A DNA stretch of 64,000 nucleotides from Thecamonas trahens ATCC 50062. Lineage: Eukaryota; Protista; Apusomonadida. Made by a program: the position numbers and the translations under genes. The stretch covers positions 124,001 to 188,000 of the forward strand of contig NW_013657645.1 in assembly GCF_000142905.1 (NCBI RefSeq), read 5' to 3'. This document shows, in pieces, positions 43,822 through 54,441 of the stretch (the first letter of the stretch is position 1; each line of letters opens with the position of its first letter). Below the pieces are notes generated by a model that worked only from the letters and a program-made list of their open reading frames with translations, was not told where the DNA came from and did no database searches.

Positions 43822-43859
43822 CACAATGAACGCCTTTGTGCTTGTTACTCCCATGCTCC

Positions 43860-45064
43860 TTACAGCTGCAGCCGCGGAATGAGTGCCGACGCCAACGCCT
43901 CGTATTTGAGCACGCCCGGTAGCGTGTCGGCCCGGGTTGGCCCGATGTTGACCAGGCCGATCGGCCTCCTGCGCTGCGCGACCCGCCGCGCAAGACGGAG
44001 CGCCGAAAACGTGCTCAGTGTCGAGCCAACAACCAGCAGCGCGTCTGCAGACTCGGCCAGCTCGATCGAACGCTCGGCAACTGGCTTGTCGAGAAAGCCA
44101 CCGAAAAGACCACCGACGGCTTGCGCGCCGCCGCCTCGTTGCTTGCGCCGCAGCTCGGGCACGGCGGGACGGCAAACGAGTCGTAGCCGAGATCGCCGGC
44201 CGCAAGCTCGGTATCGCCGTCCGGCCGTTGCTCCCGCTCGGCAGCCTCCTTCTTTCGCAGCATCTTCAGCTCGCGGTTAGCCTCGGCGTCGCCAGGCGCG
44301 CTCCGCGCAGCCTGGTCGGCCTCCAGTGCCGCCCACGCCGGGTTCGCCGCCCGCACAGCATCCTGGAACGCCTCACGCGGCTCACGTGCGCCACATCCGA
44401 GGCACTCGACCTCTCGCAAATGGCCGTGCAGCTCCAGCAGGGCCTCGGGCGGCGAGCCAGCTTGCAGATGTAGCGAGTCGACGTTCTGAGTGACGATCTG
44501 CACGTTGGCGCCGACCTTGTTCTGCTGCCAGGCCGCCAGTGCGGCGTGAATCGCGTTGGGCTCTGCTGCCTGAAAGGCGGCATAGCCCATGAACGACCGC
44601 GCCCAGTAGCGGACCCGTGTCGCCGGCTCCTCCAGAAACTCCTTGTATTGGATCGGGTTGTACTCACCGGAGCGATGCGGCGAACGGTAGTCGGGCACGC
44701 CCGAGTCGGTCGAGCAGCCGGCGCCGGTGATGACCAACAGCCGACCTCCGCCACGCCCTGCAGCGAGCACCTTCTCCTGGACCTCCTCCGCCGCAGCAGC
44801 CACCGCCACGTTGCCTCGAATCACCGCATGCTCTTCCCCAGGTGCCACAGACCGCAGCCGTCCCGTGCCTGTCGTCATCCGCCGTCCTCCGCTCGCCGCC
44901 CTCGCCGCCCTCGGCCAGCCGCTACCCGATACTCCTCGCGCTCCCGCTCGACCCGATCCATCACCGCCCATCACCGCCATTTGCGCCCATACACCTCGCG
45001 GTGAGCACATCACAACACTTCCACCTGCAGAACGGGCAATCGCTGCTGTCGTCCGCGCCCACAT
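43860..45064 (-). CDS. SIRT4: class II sirtuin (SIRT4-like), mitochondrial presequence; frameshift near 44104
   Basis: LVITGAGCSTDSGVPDYRSP, RYWARS, VTQNVDSLH, ELHG, RPDGD, CxxC pairs, KPSVVF(F)G, LLVVGSTL. Confidence 0.92.
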
Positions 45065-45699
45065 GTGGTCGATCGCACCGGGCAGAGTCGAGTGGGTACG
45101 GACGCGGCATGGAGGCGTGGCGGGATGGCACGAGCAGGTGTCGATGCAGATCAGCGGAGATACTGTTCCGATTGGCGCAGAACTTGGCTACCATCTCCTG
45201 CAGAGTACGTTGAACACACGTGCGTCGTTTGGCCTTGTACAGCTCAGTCACGTCGGGCGCGCATTAGCCCTTAGCAATACGGTCGTTTGGACGCGTTGTC
45301 GCGTCCCCCACTCGGGGAGCTTGGTCGAGAGCTTGGAGTTGTCCGTGGCGATGAACGAGGCGACGATGTCGGCAATCGAGACCCTTCTGGGCTTGGGCTC
45401 GTCATCGCGGGCGACGACGACCAGGTAGGTGGCCAGCGAGACACATGCGAGCTCGCATTGCCGATTGCTTTCTGTTGTGGCCCACCAGTGGCCACAGCAG
45501 CCATTAACACATTGTGCTACTCTTTAACCGCGATGGATGGACGTTGCGACGTCTGCGGAGCGTCGCGGAGCGCGGCTTGCGCGATGGACAAATGAGTCCA
45601 TTCCGAACCGCAAAGGATGAGGCACGATGTGGGGAGAGGGGGGGGGGGGGGGGGTGCGCGGCCTCATCAAAATCACTCTGCTCTACGGCGAGTTATCGC

Positions 45700-46821
45700 T
45701 CAGCTATGAGCTTCGCCATCGGGGTGAGCAAGTCCTCGACGGCCATCGACAAACTTGGCGAGCATCTGCTTGGCGAGCGAGGCGACTTGCGTCCCGATGT
45801 GGTTGCGCTCGGGCTCTGGCGTGGCGTAGGAAGTATCGGCCGCATCGTCGGCATAGACATGGGCGGTGGTGCCGTACATGGCTTCGGGAGCGGCGCCACC
45901 GGCTGGATAGCGGCGAGCCATGCCTGCGCGCCCGCCACTGGCTCCGCCGTAGTACTTTTCGGCGGCGGCGGCGGAGAGGACGACGACCTCGTCATCAACC
46001 AGGGCGGCGATGCCACGCTCGAGCTCCGAGTCGTCGAGCTCGTGGCCGGGCGCTGCCTCGTAGAACTTACCGCCGACCTGGAAGATGGTCTGGTACTGGC
46101 CGTCCGGCGTCTGGATCCGGCGTGAGTAGACCAGATGGTCAAAGACGCCGTTGGTGGCGTCCGAGGCGCCGCGGAACTCGGCCTCGCCGGCGGCGTTGAG
46201 GCCGGAACAGCCGATGGCGTTGACAACAATGCCTGCGTTCTGTGCCCGGGCAATGGCAGACGCCACGTCCAGCCCATCGGTGTAGCTCGTCTGGCTTGGC
46301 GCGTCACCGATGAGGTACATGATCTTGAGAACGTCAGGCGAGACCCGCCAGGCCATGTCGAGCCCTACATGGAGGCCAGCACCAACGTGCTCCGGGTAGT
46401 CGCCGCCACCGCGTGCGCGAGCGCTGCCTAATGCAGCCTTGATCTGAGGCACGTTGGTGGTGAGCGGAAAGGCCTCGATCATGTCCTGCCCGTCGCCGAC
46501 GTCGCGATAGAAGACTGCGCCCATGCGGAGCGTCGGCGGGACCGTGGCTGTTGACTTGGCCGCTGCGGCCTCGAGCTCCGCCATCTCGGCCTCAAGCTGG
46601 GCGGCAATGCGAAGGACCGAGTTCTTGACTTCGGCAATCTCATCAGCCATCGATCCGGTGGTGTCGATGACAAAGACGACGTCCATGGATCCCAGCGCCG
46701 TCGGCCCGTCGACCGCGCCCGACTCGGCCCACTCGGGCTCGCCGCGCGCTTGCAGGACAAGCGCGGCAATAGTGGCGGCCAACACCGCCCATACCGCATA
46801 CTTCCAACCGGTGTTCGTCAT
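45700..46821 (-). CDS. secreted/anchored von Willebrand factor A domain protein
   Basis: Signal peptide, DVVFVIDTTGSM MIDAS, GAVFYRD, GGGDYPE, YLIGDAP. Confidence 0.85.
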   Translation of the reverse strand: MTNTGWKYAVWAVLAATIAALVLQARGEPEWAESGAVDGPTALGSMDVVFVIDTTGSMADEIAEVKNSVLRIAAQLEAEMAELEAAAAKSTATVPPTLRMGAVFYRDVGDGQDMIEAFPLTTNVPQIKAALGSARARGGGDYPEHVGAGLHVGLDMAWRVSPDVLKIMYLIGDAPSQTSYTDGLDVASAIARAQNAGIVVNAIGCSGLNAAGEAEFRGASDATNGVFDHLVYSRRIQTPDGQYQTIFQVGGKFYEAAPGHELDDSELERGIAALVDDEVVVLSAAAAEKYYGGASGGRAGMARRYPAGGAAPEAMYGTTAHVYADDAADTSYATPEPERNHIGTQVASLAKQMLAKFVDGRRGLAHPDGEAHS

Positions 46822-47285
46822 GGTCTTGCTCTAGTGACGTCTAGCGATGTGTGCTGTCTGTGGCTGGGCTGTCCGATGGCTTTGCGCAGATCGGACTCGG
46901 CTTTTGTTCGGTGCGCGAGTACGTGACGTCAGAGGGGAGTGCAGAAGACGGGCAGGCGGCGGGGGGGGGGGGGAAGGGGTGATGTCAGGCAAGACTCGGC
47001 GTGCGTTTTATATAGCTCTTGTTTGTAGGCTAGAGGTGGCGATCAGAGCCCATTGGCGAGGGGCGAGAGAGATCAGGGTTGAACGGATGGACATTGAGGT
47101 GTGGCGGAAGCCGTCGCCAGCGTCGCCGTCACGTTGCCCGGCGCGCAAGCGTTCACGTCCATCTCTACGGCAATCACGGCCGCCGTGTGGCGACTAGAAG
47201 CTGTCTCTTGGGCGAGTGGCTTTACTTATCGGCACAATGCTACGGCCTAATTGGCCTCCGGCACATCGGGCGGGCTGGGGAGCGG

Positions 47286-48397
47286 CTAGCGGCAAGACGA
47301 GTTTCGTTTCTGCCGCTTGGGAGGCGATGGTCCCGTGGCAGAGTTTGAGCTCTCGGGCTCCGGATCGGATGAGTCGGCGTTGCGGCGGCGGCGGCGGCGC
47401 GGACGCGGGCGGACGGGGGCAAAGAGATCATCGGCCGAACCGGGCGCTGGGTTCCAGCTCTCGGTCTCGTCGTCGTAGATGTAGGCCGGCGACGAGGCGA
47501 GGTCATAGGCGGCATCCCACCATGGCTCGCGGAGATGGCCATTGTACTCGGGGTGGGCCTTGATGACGGTTGGCGTCGCCATCTCCATGAAGAGGGTGTT
47601 GAGCGGGGTGTTGTGGTCCATGACCTTGTTCCAGATCAGCTGCATGCGGTAGTCCTCAAAGGCCTCCAGCGAGGTCTGCCGGTAGCAGAGGCCGACAAAC
47701 ATCAGCGGCATCCACGCCATCTCGTCGACGTGGAGGAGGAAGCCTCCCGTGGCCTCGGCGAGGGTCTCGTAGAACGGCGCAGTCTCTTGGGCGCCGCCGA
47801 CATGACGGCGTACAGCGTCACGCCATGATCTTGCAGCGCGGCCATCTCGGAGCGCCAGCAAATGCCGAGGTTTGTGTACGACGGCGGGTGTGGGACATGA
47901 TCGCCGATGACTACGACGGCGCGCGACGAGCCGGGCGTCCACTGGAACGCTGTCCGAGCCAGCTGCAGAGCATACTCGTAGCACTCGGGCGGATCGCCAC
48001 CTCCGGTTCTTGCCACGCCGCCGATGAACGTCTCCAGCACGCCGACGTCCGAGGTGAAAGGGCAGATCTTGGTGACGTACGTGGCCCTTCCGTCGCAGTA
48101 GTCGCCGTGCGCCACCACGCCGATGCGCAGGTGAGGCAGCTCGGCAATCATCTTGGCCACAGCCTTGCGCAGCTCGGCCTTGACCGCCACCAACGACTCG
48201 TACATTGATCCTGTGGTATCAAAGGTAAAGACAAGCTCCGTTAGCTGTGGCTCTTCCTCTCCCCGCCCACGGCCTCCTCCCGATGACCCAGCTCCGCCAT
48301 CGCCACCTGTCCCCTCGTCGGCCTCGATGGTGGCCGACCCCGAGCCGCTGCCCGAGCCCGACATGGCCTCGAGGAACGCCTGCAGACGCGATGCCAT
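47286..48397 (-). CDS. VWA domain protein (frameshift near 47799)
   Basis: ELVFTFDTTGSM, IGVVAHGDYCD, GGGDPPECYE, VVIGDHVPH, then FYETLAEATGG in the other frame. Start uncertain. Confidence 0.8.
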
Positions 48398-48577
48398 GCT
48401 GGTCCCTCCACTTTGCGCCTCTGCGATGAGTGTGGTTGCTGTGAGCGCAAGCGTGGGCGTGGGCGTGGGCATGCGACAGAGGCCGTGTCTGCTCGCCCTG
48501 GCCTCCCCTTCTATTTCCATCTGGCGCCAAAGCATTAGTGGCGGGCGAACGATTACTGACTCGTCCCATTATCAATA

Positions 48578-48780
48578 ATCGTTCGTTCGTTCATTCCTTC
48601 GTTCGTTCGTTCGTTCGTTCGTTCGTTCGTTCGTTCGTTCGTTCATTCCTTCGTTCATTGTCATCGTTCGTTCGTTCGTTCGTTCGTTCGTTCGTTCATT
48701 CCTTCGTTCGTTCGTTCGTTCGTTCGTTCGTTCAAACTCGCTCATTCGTTTCCAACTCGTCGTTCAAACTCGTTCGGTCG
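48578..48780. repeat. (TTCG)n tetranucleotide repeat
   Basis: Tandem TTCG with interruptions between the divergent VWA and RPL19 genes. Confidence 0.95.
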
Positions 48781-48864
48781 GACAGAGCGAGCGAATGAGG
48801 AAATTGAGCTCGCGCGAATGAGCAGGCAACTGTTTTTCATTTCACCTCTCGTCATTTGCTCGTC

Positions 48865-50282
48865 ATGGTCAAGCTTACCACTGTGAAGCGCCTGGGCGCA
48901 GACATCCTCAAGTGCGGTACCAACAAGGTCTGGCTCGACCCGAACGAGGTTGTCGAGCTTGCCTCCGCCGGCTCGCGTACGTTCTCCTCCTTCCCTATGC
49001 CCCCAACCACCGTGCCTACCGCGCGGCTGGCCTCCGATGCTGACGATTTTCGACGGATCCACCTCGGCCGCCAGCAGCGCAACCCTCGCTCCCACCGGCA
49101 CCCACCACCCCCCACCCTCCCCCCAACCGGCTACCCACCACCACATCACCATGGTCTCCCTCCACCCCGACTCGGCGTCTCGGAATCCCATCCTCCCACC
49201 TGCTACACCCTCGACAACCGCGTCGGTCGCCGGCTTGCCTCTGACCAAAGATTGGTTTTGTTTTGTCTGTTTGCCACTCACCACACACTCTCTTTCCCCC
49301 CCCTCTACCACCTCCTCATACCCACAGGCAATGCCGTCCGCCGCTACATCAAGCTCGGTTACGTCGTGAAGAAGCCGTCGAACGCTGTCTCGCGTGCCCG
49401 CATCCGGGAGCAGTAAGTTTCCCTCCCTTTCCTACACATGGCCACCACCATGCTCCCCTCGACTCGCCTTGTCTGTCTGATTTGCGATGTCGTGACGGGG
49501 CGCCCCCCCCCCCCCCCCCCCCCCTTCCCTTGTATGTATGAGATAGAGAGAGAGACATGGGACTCACAATGTGGATGATGGTATGTGTGTGTATACAGCA
49601 ACCGCAAGAAGCGCCTTGGTCGCTACACTGGCTTTGGTCACCGCAAGGGTACCGCTAACGCGCGTATGCCCCGCAAGACCCTCTGGATCCGCCGCCAGCG
49701 CGTGCTCCGCCGCCTGCTCCGCAAGTACCGTGCCGCCGGCAAGATCGACAACCACCTGTACGTCTATTCCCTTTGTGCTCCTCCCTCTTCTTGTCTTCCC
49801 AATTGTTTGCTGTGCGTCGTCGAGCAAGGTACTTTTCGGTGATGATTAGTATTTTATCACGACAGTCTTCTGAGGCATACCTGTCCTTGAAGAAAGCATA
49901 ACCTAGCTCACTCTGAGATTGGTACCTTGCTTGTCGACGCACCGGTCACACTGCCCTTCCTCCCCCCTCATGACTCGCCCGCACTCACGTCCTGCAACTG
50001 GGACCCTTTTTGTCCAATTGTCTGCTGCATGGACCTGCACACAGGTACCACAAGCTGTACCTCCAGTCCAAGGGTAACGTCTACAAGAACAAGCGCGTTC
50101 TCATCGAGCACATCCACTACGAGAAGGCCGAGGCTGCCCGCTCCAAGGCCCTCGCCCAGGCCGCCGAGGCGCACAAGAACAAGGTTCGCGCCGCCAAGGC
50201 CCGCCGCGCCGAGCGCAAGGCCGCCAAGGCTCAGGCTGCCCGCGAGGCCTACGACCGCCAGGTTAAGGGCATCAAGGCTTAA
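48865..50282 (+). CDS. RPL19: 60S ribosomal protein L19/eL19 (exons 48865-48976, 49328-49412, 49599-49757, 50045-50282)
   Basis: [71 protein letters not shown]. All three introns are GT-AG and in frame. Confidence 0.97.
49823..49931 (+). ncRNA. intronic box C/D snoRNA, double guide for LSU rRNA 2'-O-methylation
   Basis: C box GTGATGA 49839-45, D' CTGA 49870-73, D CTGA 49913-16, 10-bp terminal stem AGCAAGGTAC/GTACCTTGCT. Guides TCACGACAGTCT and ACCTAGCTCAC are complementary to conserved LSU GUGAGCUGGGUUUAGACCGUCGUGA. Confidence 0.85.
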
Positions 50283-50335
50283 AAAGACAAACAGACCATC
50301 ATCGACAATGTGTGCGGGGGGGTGGTGTGTGTACT

Positions 50336-52222
50336 CTACTGGCTGGCCAGCATCAGGCGGGACAGCTCCTTGGCGATGCACGCGAGCAGTGTTGCCGGCC
50401 GGCGCGAGATAAGCCGCTCGAGGTGCGGCGAGATGAGATCGAGGTCGCCAGCAGCCGAGGCAGCGTCGTCCGCTGCCGCCGCCTGCAACTCGCCCGCCGC
50501 AAGCTCGCCGAGCTCGGGCGCAGAGCCGAGGACCTGGCCCAGCGCGTCGGCGAGCGCAGGCCCGGTCACGACCGACGGCCCGGTGAGAACAAAGGTCTTC
50601 TTGGCATGGGCCACCGGGTTGGCAAGGACAGCGCCGACGGCAGCGCCGACGTCACGCGCGTCGACGTACGCGCCGCCGCGCTTGGCCATCATCAGCCGGC
50701 CCTGGTTCAGCCGCGGCGCAGTCATGAGCTCCTGCAGCACCGGCGCGCTGCGGAGGACCGTGTACGCCAAGCCTGAGTCGCGGAGCGCCATCTCGGCAGC
50801 ACCGTACGCCGCAAACAGCGGCTCGCATCCCGAGCTCTCCGGCGCAGCCGCCGCGAGGTGCGAGACGAGGACCACAAAGACCACGCCCGCGTCGACCGCC
50901 GCCGCCGTAGCAGCCTTGACCTGCGCCGCTACGTCGCCGTTGCCGTCGGGAATCACAACAAGGTACGCCACGTCGCGCATGGCACCTGCAAGCGCATCGA
51001 CGCTAGCGTCCCACGAGATGTCGCGGACTGCCGCGTCGCCGCGCGCCACCGCCGCCGCCACATCGGCCTCGGCAAGCGTCGCCTCGGCAGCCGACGCCAC
51101 TGGCGGCGCCACAAACAGCGTCATGCTCGGCCGGTCCGACTCGACCGCCGCCACGGCGTCCGACAGCGCACCCACAATGCCTGCCGAGACCTCGGTTTGC
51201 CCCGCACCGAGAACCAGCACCCGCACCGCGTTGGAGATGGTGATGTCGCCAATCTGCTCGGCAAGCGTCGCCCGCATGGCCGCGCCCGAGCCGCCTGATG
51301 ACGCCGTCGTCGTCGATGTTGACGGAGCCGTCGCCAGAGGCGTGGTCGTCATCGTCGACCCGGGCGCCGGCCGCCACGACGCACTCGCCCGCGGGCCGTA
51401 CGACGGCCACATGATCGACTGCGAGAACGAAGGTTGGTGGTAGCCACCGCCGAGCGTCGCATTTGCCCACGACGAGTCCATCATCATTGTCGAGCCTGCC
51501 ACCATCGAAGCATCGGCAGTAGCCGTCGTCGCTGTCGCCGTCGACGCAGCCGATGCCGATGCAGTTGCCCCGACCCGCGACGACGACACCGACGCCACGG
51601 GATACGCGGCCAGAGTCGACGAGTTAGCTGCCGAGATGGGAGGATGAACGACCGACTGCCGCGTAGAATACGGGAGACCAGCAGCCGAGAGCGGATGGTA
51701 GGGACGGTACGAGTGGCGAGAGAAGTGCGGATGAATCTGGTGATGGTACTGCCGATGCTGATACCGATGATGGTTGTTGTTGACGTTGGCGGCAGTGTTG
51801 GGATTAGGATTGGAAATGACATTGGCCGTCGTACCAGCCATGGCGGGCGTTGCGGCGGTAGTGGTAGCCGTGGTAGTTGTGGTGGTGGGAAGGCGAGGAG
51901 GATAGAGCGGCAGAGACGGAGTGTGATGATGGTGGTACATGGCCGCACCACCACCACCACCACCACCGGCCGAGGCAGCAGCGATGTTGTTGACGGTGTT
52001 GCTACCAGTGGTACTGGCAGTGGCACTCGTGGTGGTTGTCGTCGTCGTTGTCGGTTGGCCATACCCCCTTGCATACCCCCCTCCATAATGACCTGCATAC
52101 CCACCACCACCACTACCACCACCATTGGTACCTCCTCCATGCCTCATGTGGTACATGTACCCACCACGCCCGTGCATTCCGTACCGCCACATCTTGCTGC
52201 GGTTGCACTCAAAGACAGTCAC
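50336..52222 (-). CDS. NmrA/atypical SDR-like domain preceded by long low-complexity region; true start uncertain
   Basis: RVLVLGAG.T, AAVDAGVVFVVLVS, AEMALRDSGLAYTVLR, YVDARDVGAA, KTFVLTGP in the 50336-51276 part. Confidence 0.7.
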   Translation of the reverse strand: MTVFECNRSKMWRYGMHGRGGYMYHMRHGGGTNGGGSGGGGYAGHYGGGYARGYGQPTTTTTTTTSATASTTGSNTVNNIAAASAGGGGGGGAAMYHHHHTPSLPLYPPRLPTTTTTTATTTAATPAMAGTTANVISNPNPNTAANVNNNHHRYQHRQYHHQIHPHFSRHSYRPYHPLSAAGLPYSTRQSVVHPPISAANSSTLAAYPVASVSSSRVGATASASAASTATATTATADASMVAGSTMMMDSSWANATLGGGYHQPSFSQSIMWPSYGPRASASWRPAPGSTMTTTPLATAPSTSTTTASSGGSGAAMRATLAEQIGDITISNAVRVLVLGAGQTEVSAGIVGALSDAVAAVESDRPSMTLFVAPPVASAAEATLAEADVAAAVARGDAAVRDISWDASVDALAGAMRDVAYLVVIPDGNGDVAAQVKAATAAAVDAGVVFVVLVSHLAAAAPESSGCEPLFAAYGAAEMALRDSGLAYTVLRSAPVLQELMTAPRLNQGRLMMAKRGGAYVDARDVGAAVGAVLANPVAHAKKTFVLTGPSVVTGPALADALGQVLGSAPELGELAAGELQAAAADDAASAAGDLDLISPHLERLISRRPATLLACIAKELSRLMLASQ

Positions 52223-52381
52223 GTGTGTTGCTGTGGACGTGGAAGGCCCTGGTGGGCAAGGTAGCGCCAGGGTCGGGGAGAGGGACGCTCGCCCAACGCT
52301 TTGCCTCGGTTACCCCCTTCGCGCCTTGCCGCAGTTTCTCTTGCCTTGGCCACTGGTGACAGGTAAGCGGGAGAGGGGGGG

Positions 52382-53157
52382 GAGGCATGGGCATGGGTAT
52401 GGGCATGGGCATGGATATGGGCATGGGTATGGGCATGGGCATGGGTATGGGTATGGGCATGGGCATGGAGCGGATCGGTGGAGGAATCGGTGGAGGTATG
52501 GGGATCAGGAAAAGGGGATGATCTTGGCCTGCGGCTGGGGCTGACGCTGCGGCTGGGGCTGGGGCTGGGGATCGGGCTTGGGATCGGCGTAGGGATCGGG
52601 ATGGAAATGCGGATAATGTGATCAGTTCCCCTCTGTTGGTTGGTTTATCGGGGGGGGCAGAGGTGGGACGTAGCGGGCGATGGTCAATCGATCACACTGA
52701 GGAATGCAACGTGACGAGGGAGGTCAACAACAAGTGCGATGGACGCAGACAGAGGCATGGGCATGGGTATGGGCATGGGCATGGGTATGGGCATGGGCAT
52801 GGGTATTGGCATGGGCATGGGTATGGGTATGGGCATGGAGCGGATCGGTGGAGGTATCGGTGGAGGTATGGGGATCAGTAAAAGGGGATGATCTTGGCCT
52901 GCGGCTGGGGCTGACGCTGCGGCTGGGGCTGACGCTGCGGCTGGGGCTGACGCTGCGGCTGGGGCTGGGGCTGGGGATCGGGCTTGGGATCGGCGTAGGG
53001 ATCGGGATGGAAATGCGGATAATGTGATCAGTTCCCCTCTGTTGGTTGGTTTATCGGGGGGGGCAGAGGTGGGACGTAGCGGGCGATGGTCAATCGATCA
53101 CACTGAGGAATGCAACGTGACGAGGGAGGTCAACAACAAGTGCGATGGACGCAGACA
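52382..53157. repeat. tandem duplication of about 370-405 nt (52382-52751 and 52752-53157) containing (GGGCAT/GGGTAT)n
   Basis: Near-identical consecutive copies differing by an 18-nt unit copy number and a few substitutions. Confidence 0.9.
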
Positions 53158-53382
53158 TACACCTTGAGGGCCGAACGGATCATATTTGATCCATTGTTAG
53201 CCCGCAGCGACAATTCGTCATGTCCCACGTCTTGCGCCTAAGCACATGGACGCCATATCCACAAGCTCCGATGAGCTCCATGCAATGCCGAGCCTGTATC
53301 GAGGAAGCTCCCGCAGGTAATCGGCCGTAGATCAGTATCGGCCGACAACGAGAGGGCGCACTGACTCGCGAATGTGGGGTCC

Positions 53383-53739
53383 TCACATAAAGTCCCATGA
53401 CGACGAGTCCGAGAGCGACTCCATGAGCGAGGACGAGTCGGAGGCGGTGCTGTCTCCGTCGCGATCAAACGAGGGCGAGCTAGTAGTCGATGGCGAGGCA
53501 TCATGCTGCTGATGGGAAGCTGCCGGGACGCGGTGTGGAGGAGCATGACCAGCACCGGCTCTCGAGACGCCCGCGAGGCCCAAAGGGACAGAATCCGCCG
53601 CATACTGGCAGATGGCCTTAAGCGATTCGGCGTAGGCCTCCTCCTCCTGAGCCAGCTCATCCGCGCAGAGCACCGACCGCGACATATGCAGGTACGCGCC
53701 CGGTCCGGGCATCACCGCGGGTCCATATCGATGAGCCAT
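53383..53739 (-). CDS. hypothetical protein
   Basis: 118-aa ORF with GC3 bias and S/D-rich tail. No homology recognised. Confidence 0.35.
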   Translation of the reverse strand: MAHRYGPAVMPGPGAYLHMSRSVLCADELAQEEEAYAESLKAICQYAADSVPLGLAGVSRAGAGHAPPHRVPAASHQQHDASPSTTSSPSFDRDGDSTASDSSSLMESLSDSSSWDFM

Positions 53740-54441
53740 ACCCGTTTCGTCCTCTTTCTGCTCTCCACGCGTTGAGTATGCCTGTCGCCACCCGTCTGCT
53801 TACCACGTCTGGCCCGAGGCGCCAAACTGCGGCTGCACAGCCGACAACGGCCCGAGGGCGGGGCGAGCCGGCAAACGCTACTACTGCCATCCAGCGGCTG
53901 CCACCTACCATCACAGTCAACAAGCTGGGGAAAGCTGTTGCAACCGTCTTGCGATCAGCTCAGACGGGCCCGATCGCGACCAAGGCTGCGCTCAGGCCGC
54001 TCTGCTCGAGCCCACTTTCCCCGATCGCGGTCGCAGCCGTATCCCATCGTCCCTTTATGTGCACTCCCCCTCCCCATATAAACCACATGTACACGCCTAT
54101 CTGCACCCGCTTATCAGCACCTCATCACAGCTCCACCATAGCCAATCAGCGTCCATTGGCACGCCCCCTCCCCCCCCCCCCCCCCGCGATAGCACGCCCA
54201 TCTGCCATCTGGGGCTCATCTGCTTTCCGGCAAACGAGCCAACCACCACACCCCATCCTCCACACAGCTTGCAATGATCAACAATAGCCACCATGCAGAT
54301 GTGTGTGTTTTGGGGGGGGGGGGGGGGAGGGGGATGGCGGCTGGCTGACCGGCCGCGCGAGGCAAAGAGCCAGTGACGGCAGGCAGCACTGGTCCTTTTT
54401 CCCCTGTTTCCATCCGCCACCACTTCACCCACTTCGCCACC

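Noticed and set aside
45063-45428. Small plus-strand ORF divergent from SIRT4
   Set aside because: The start overlaps the SIRT4 ATG, codon bias is weak and no motif was recognised.
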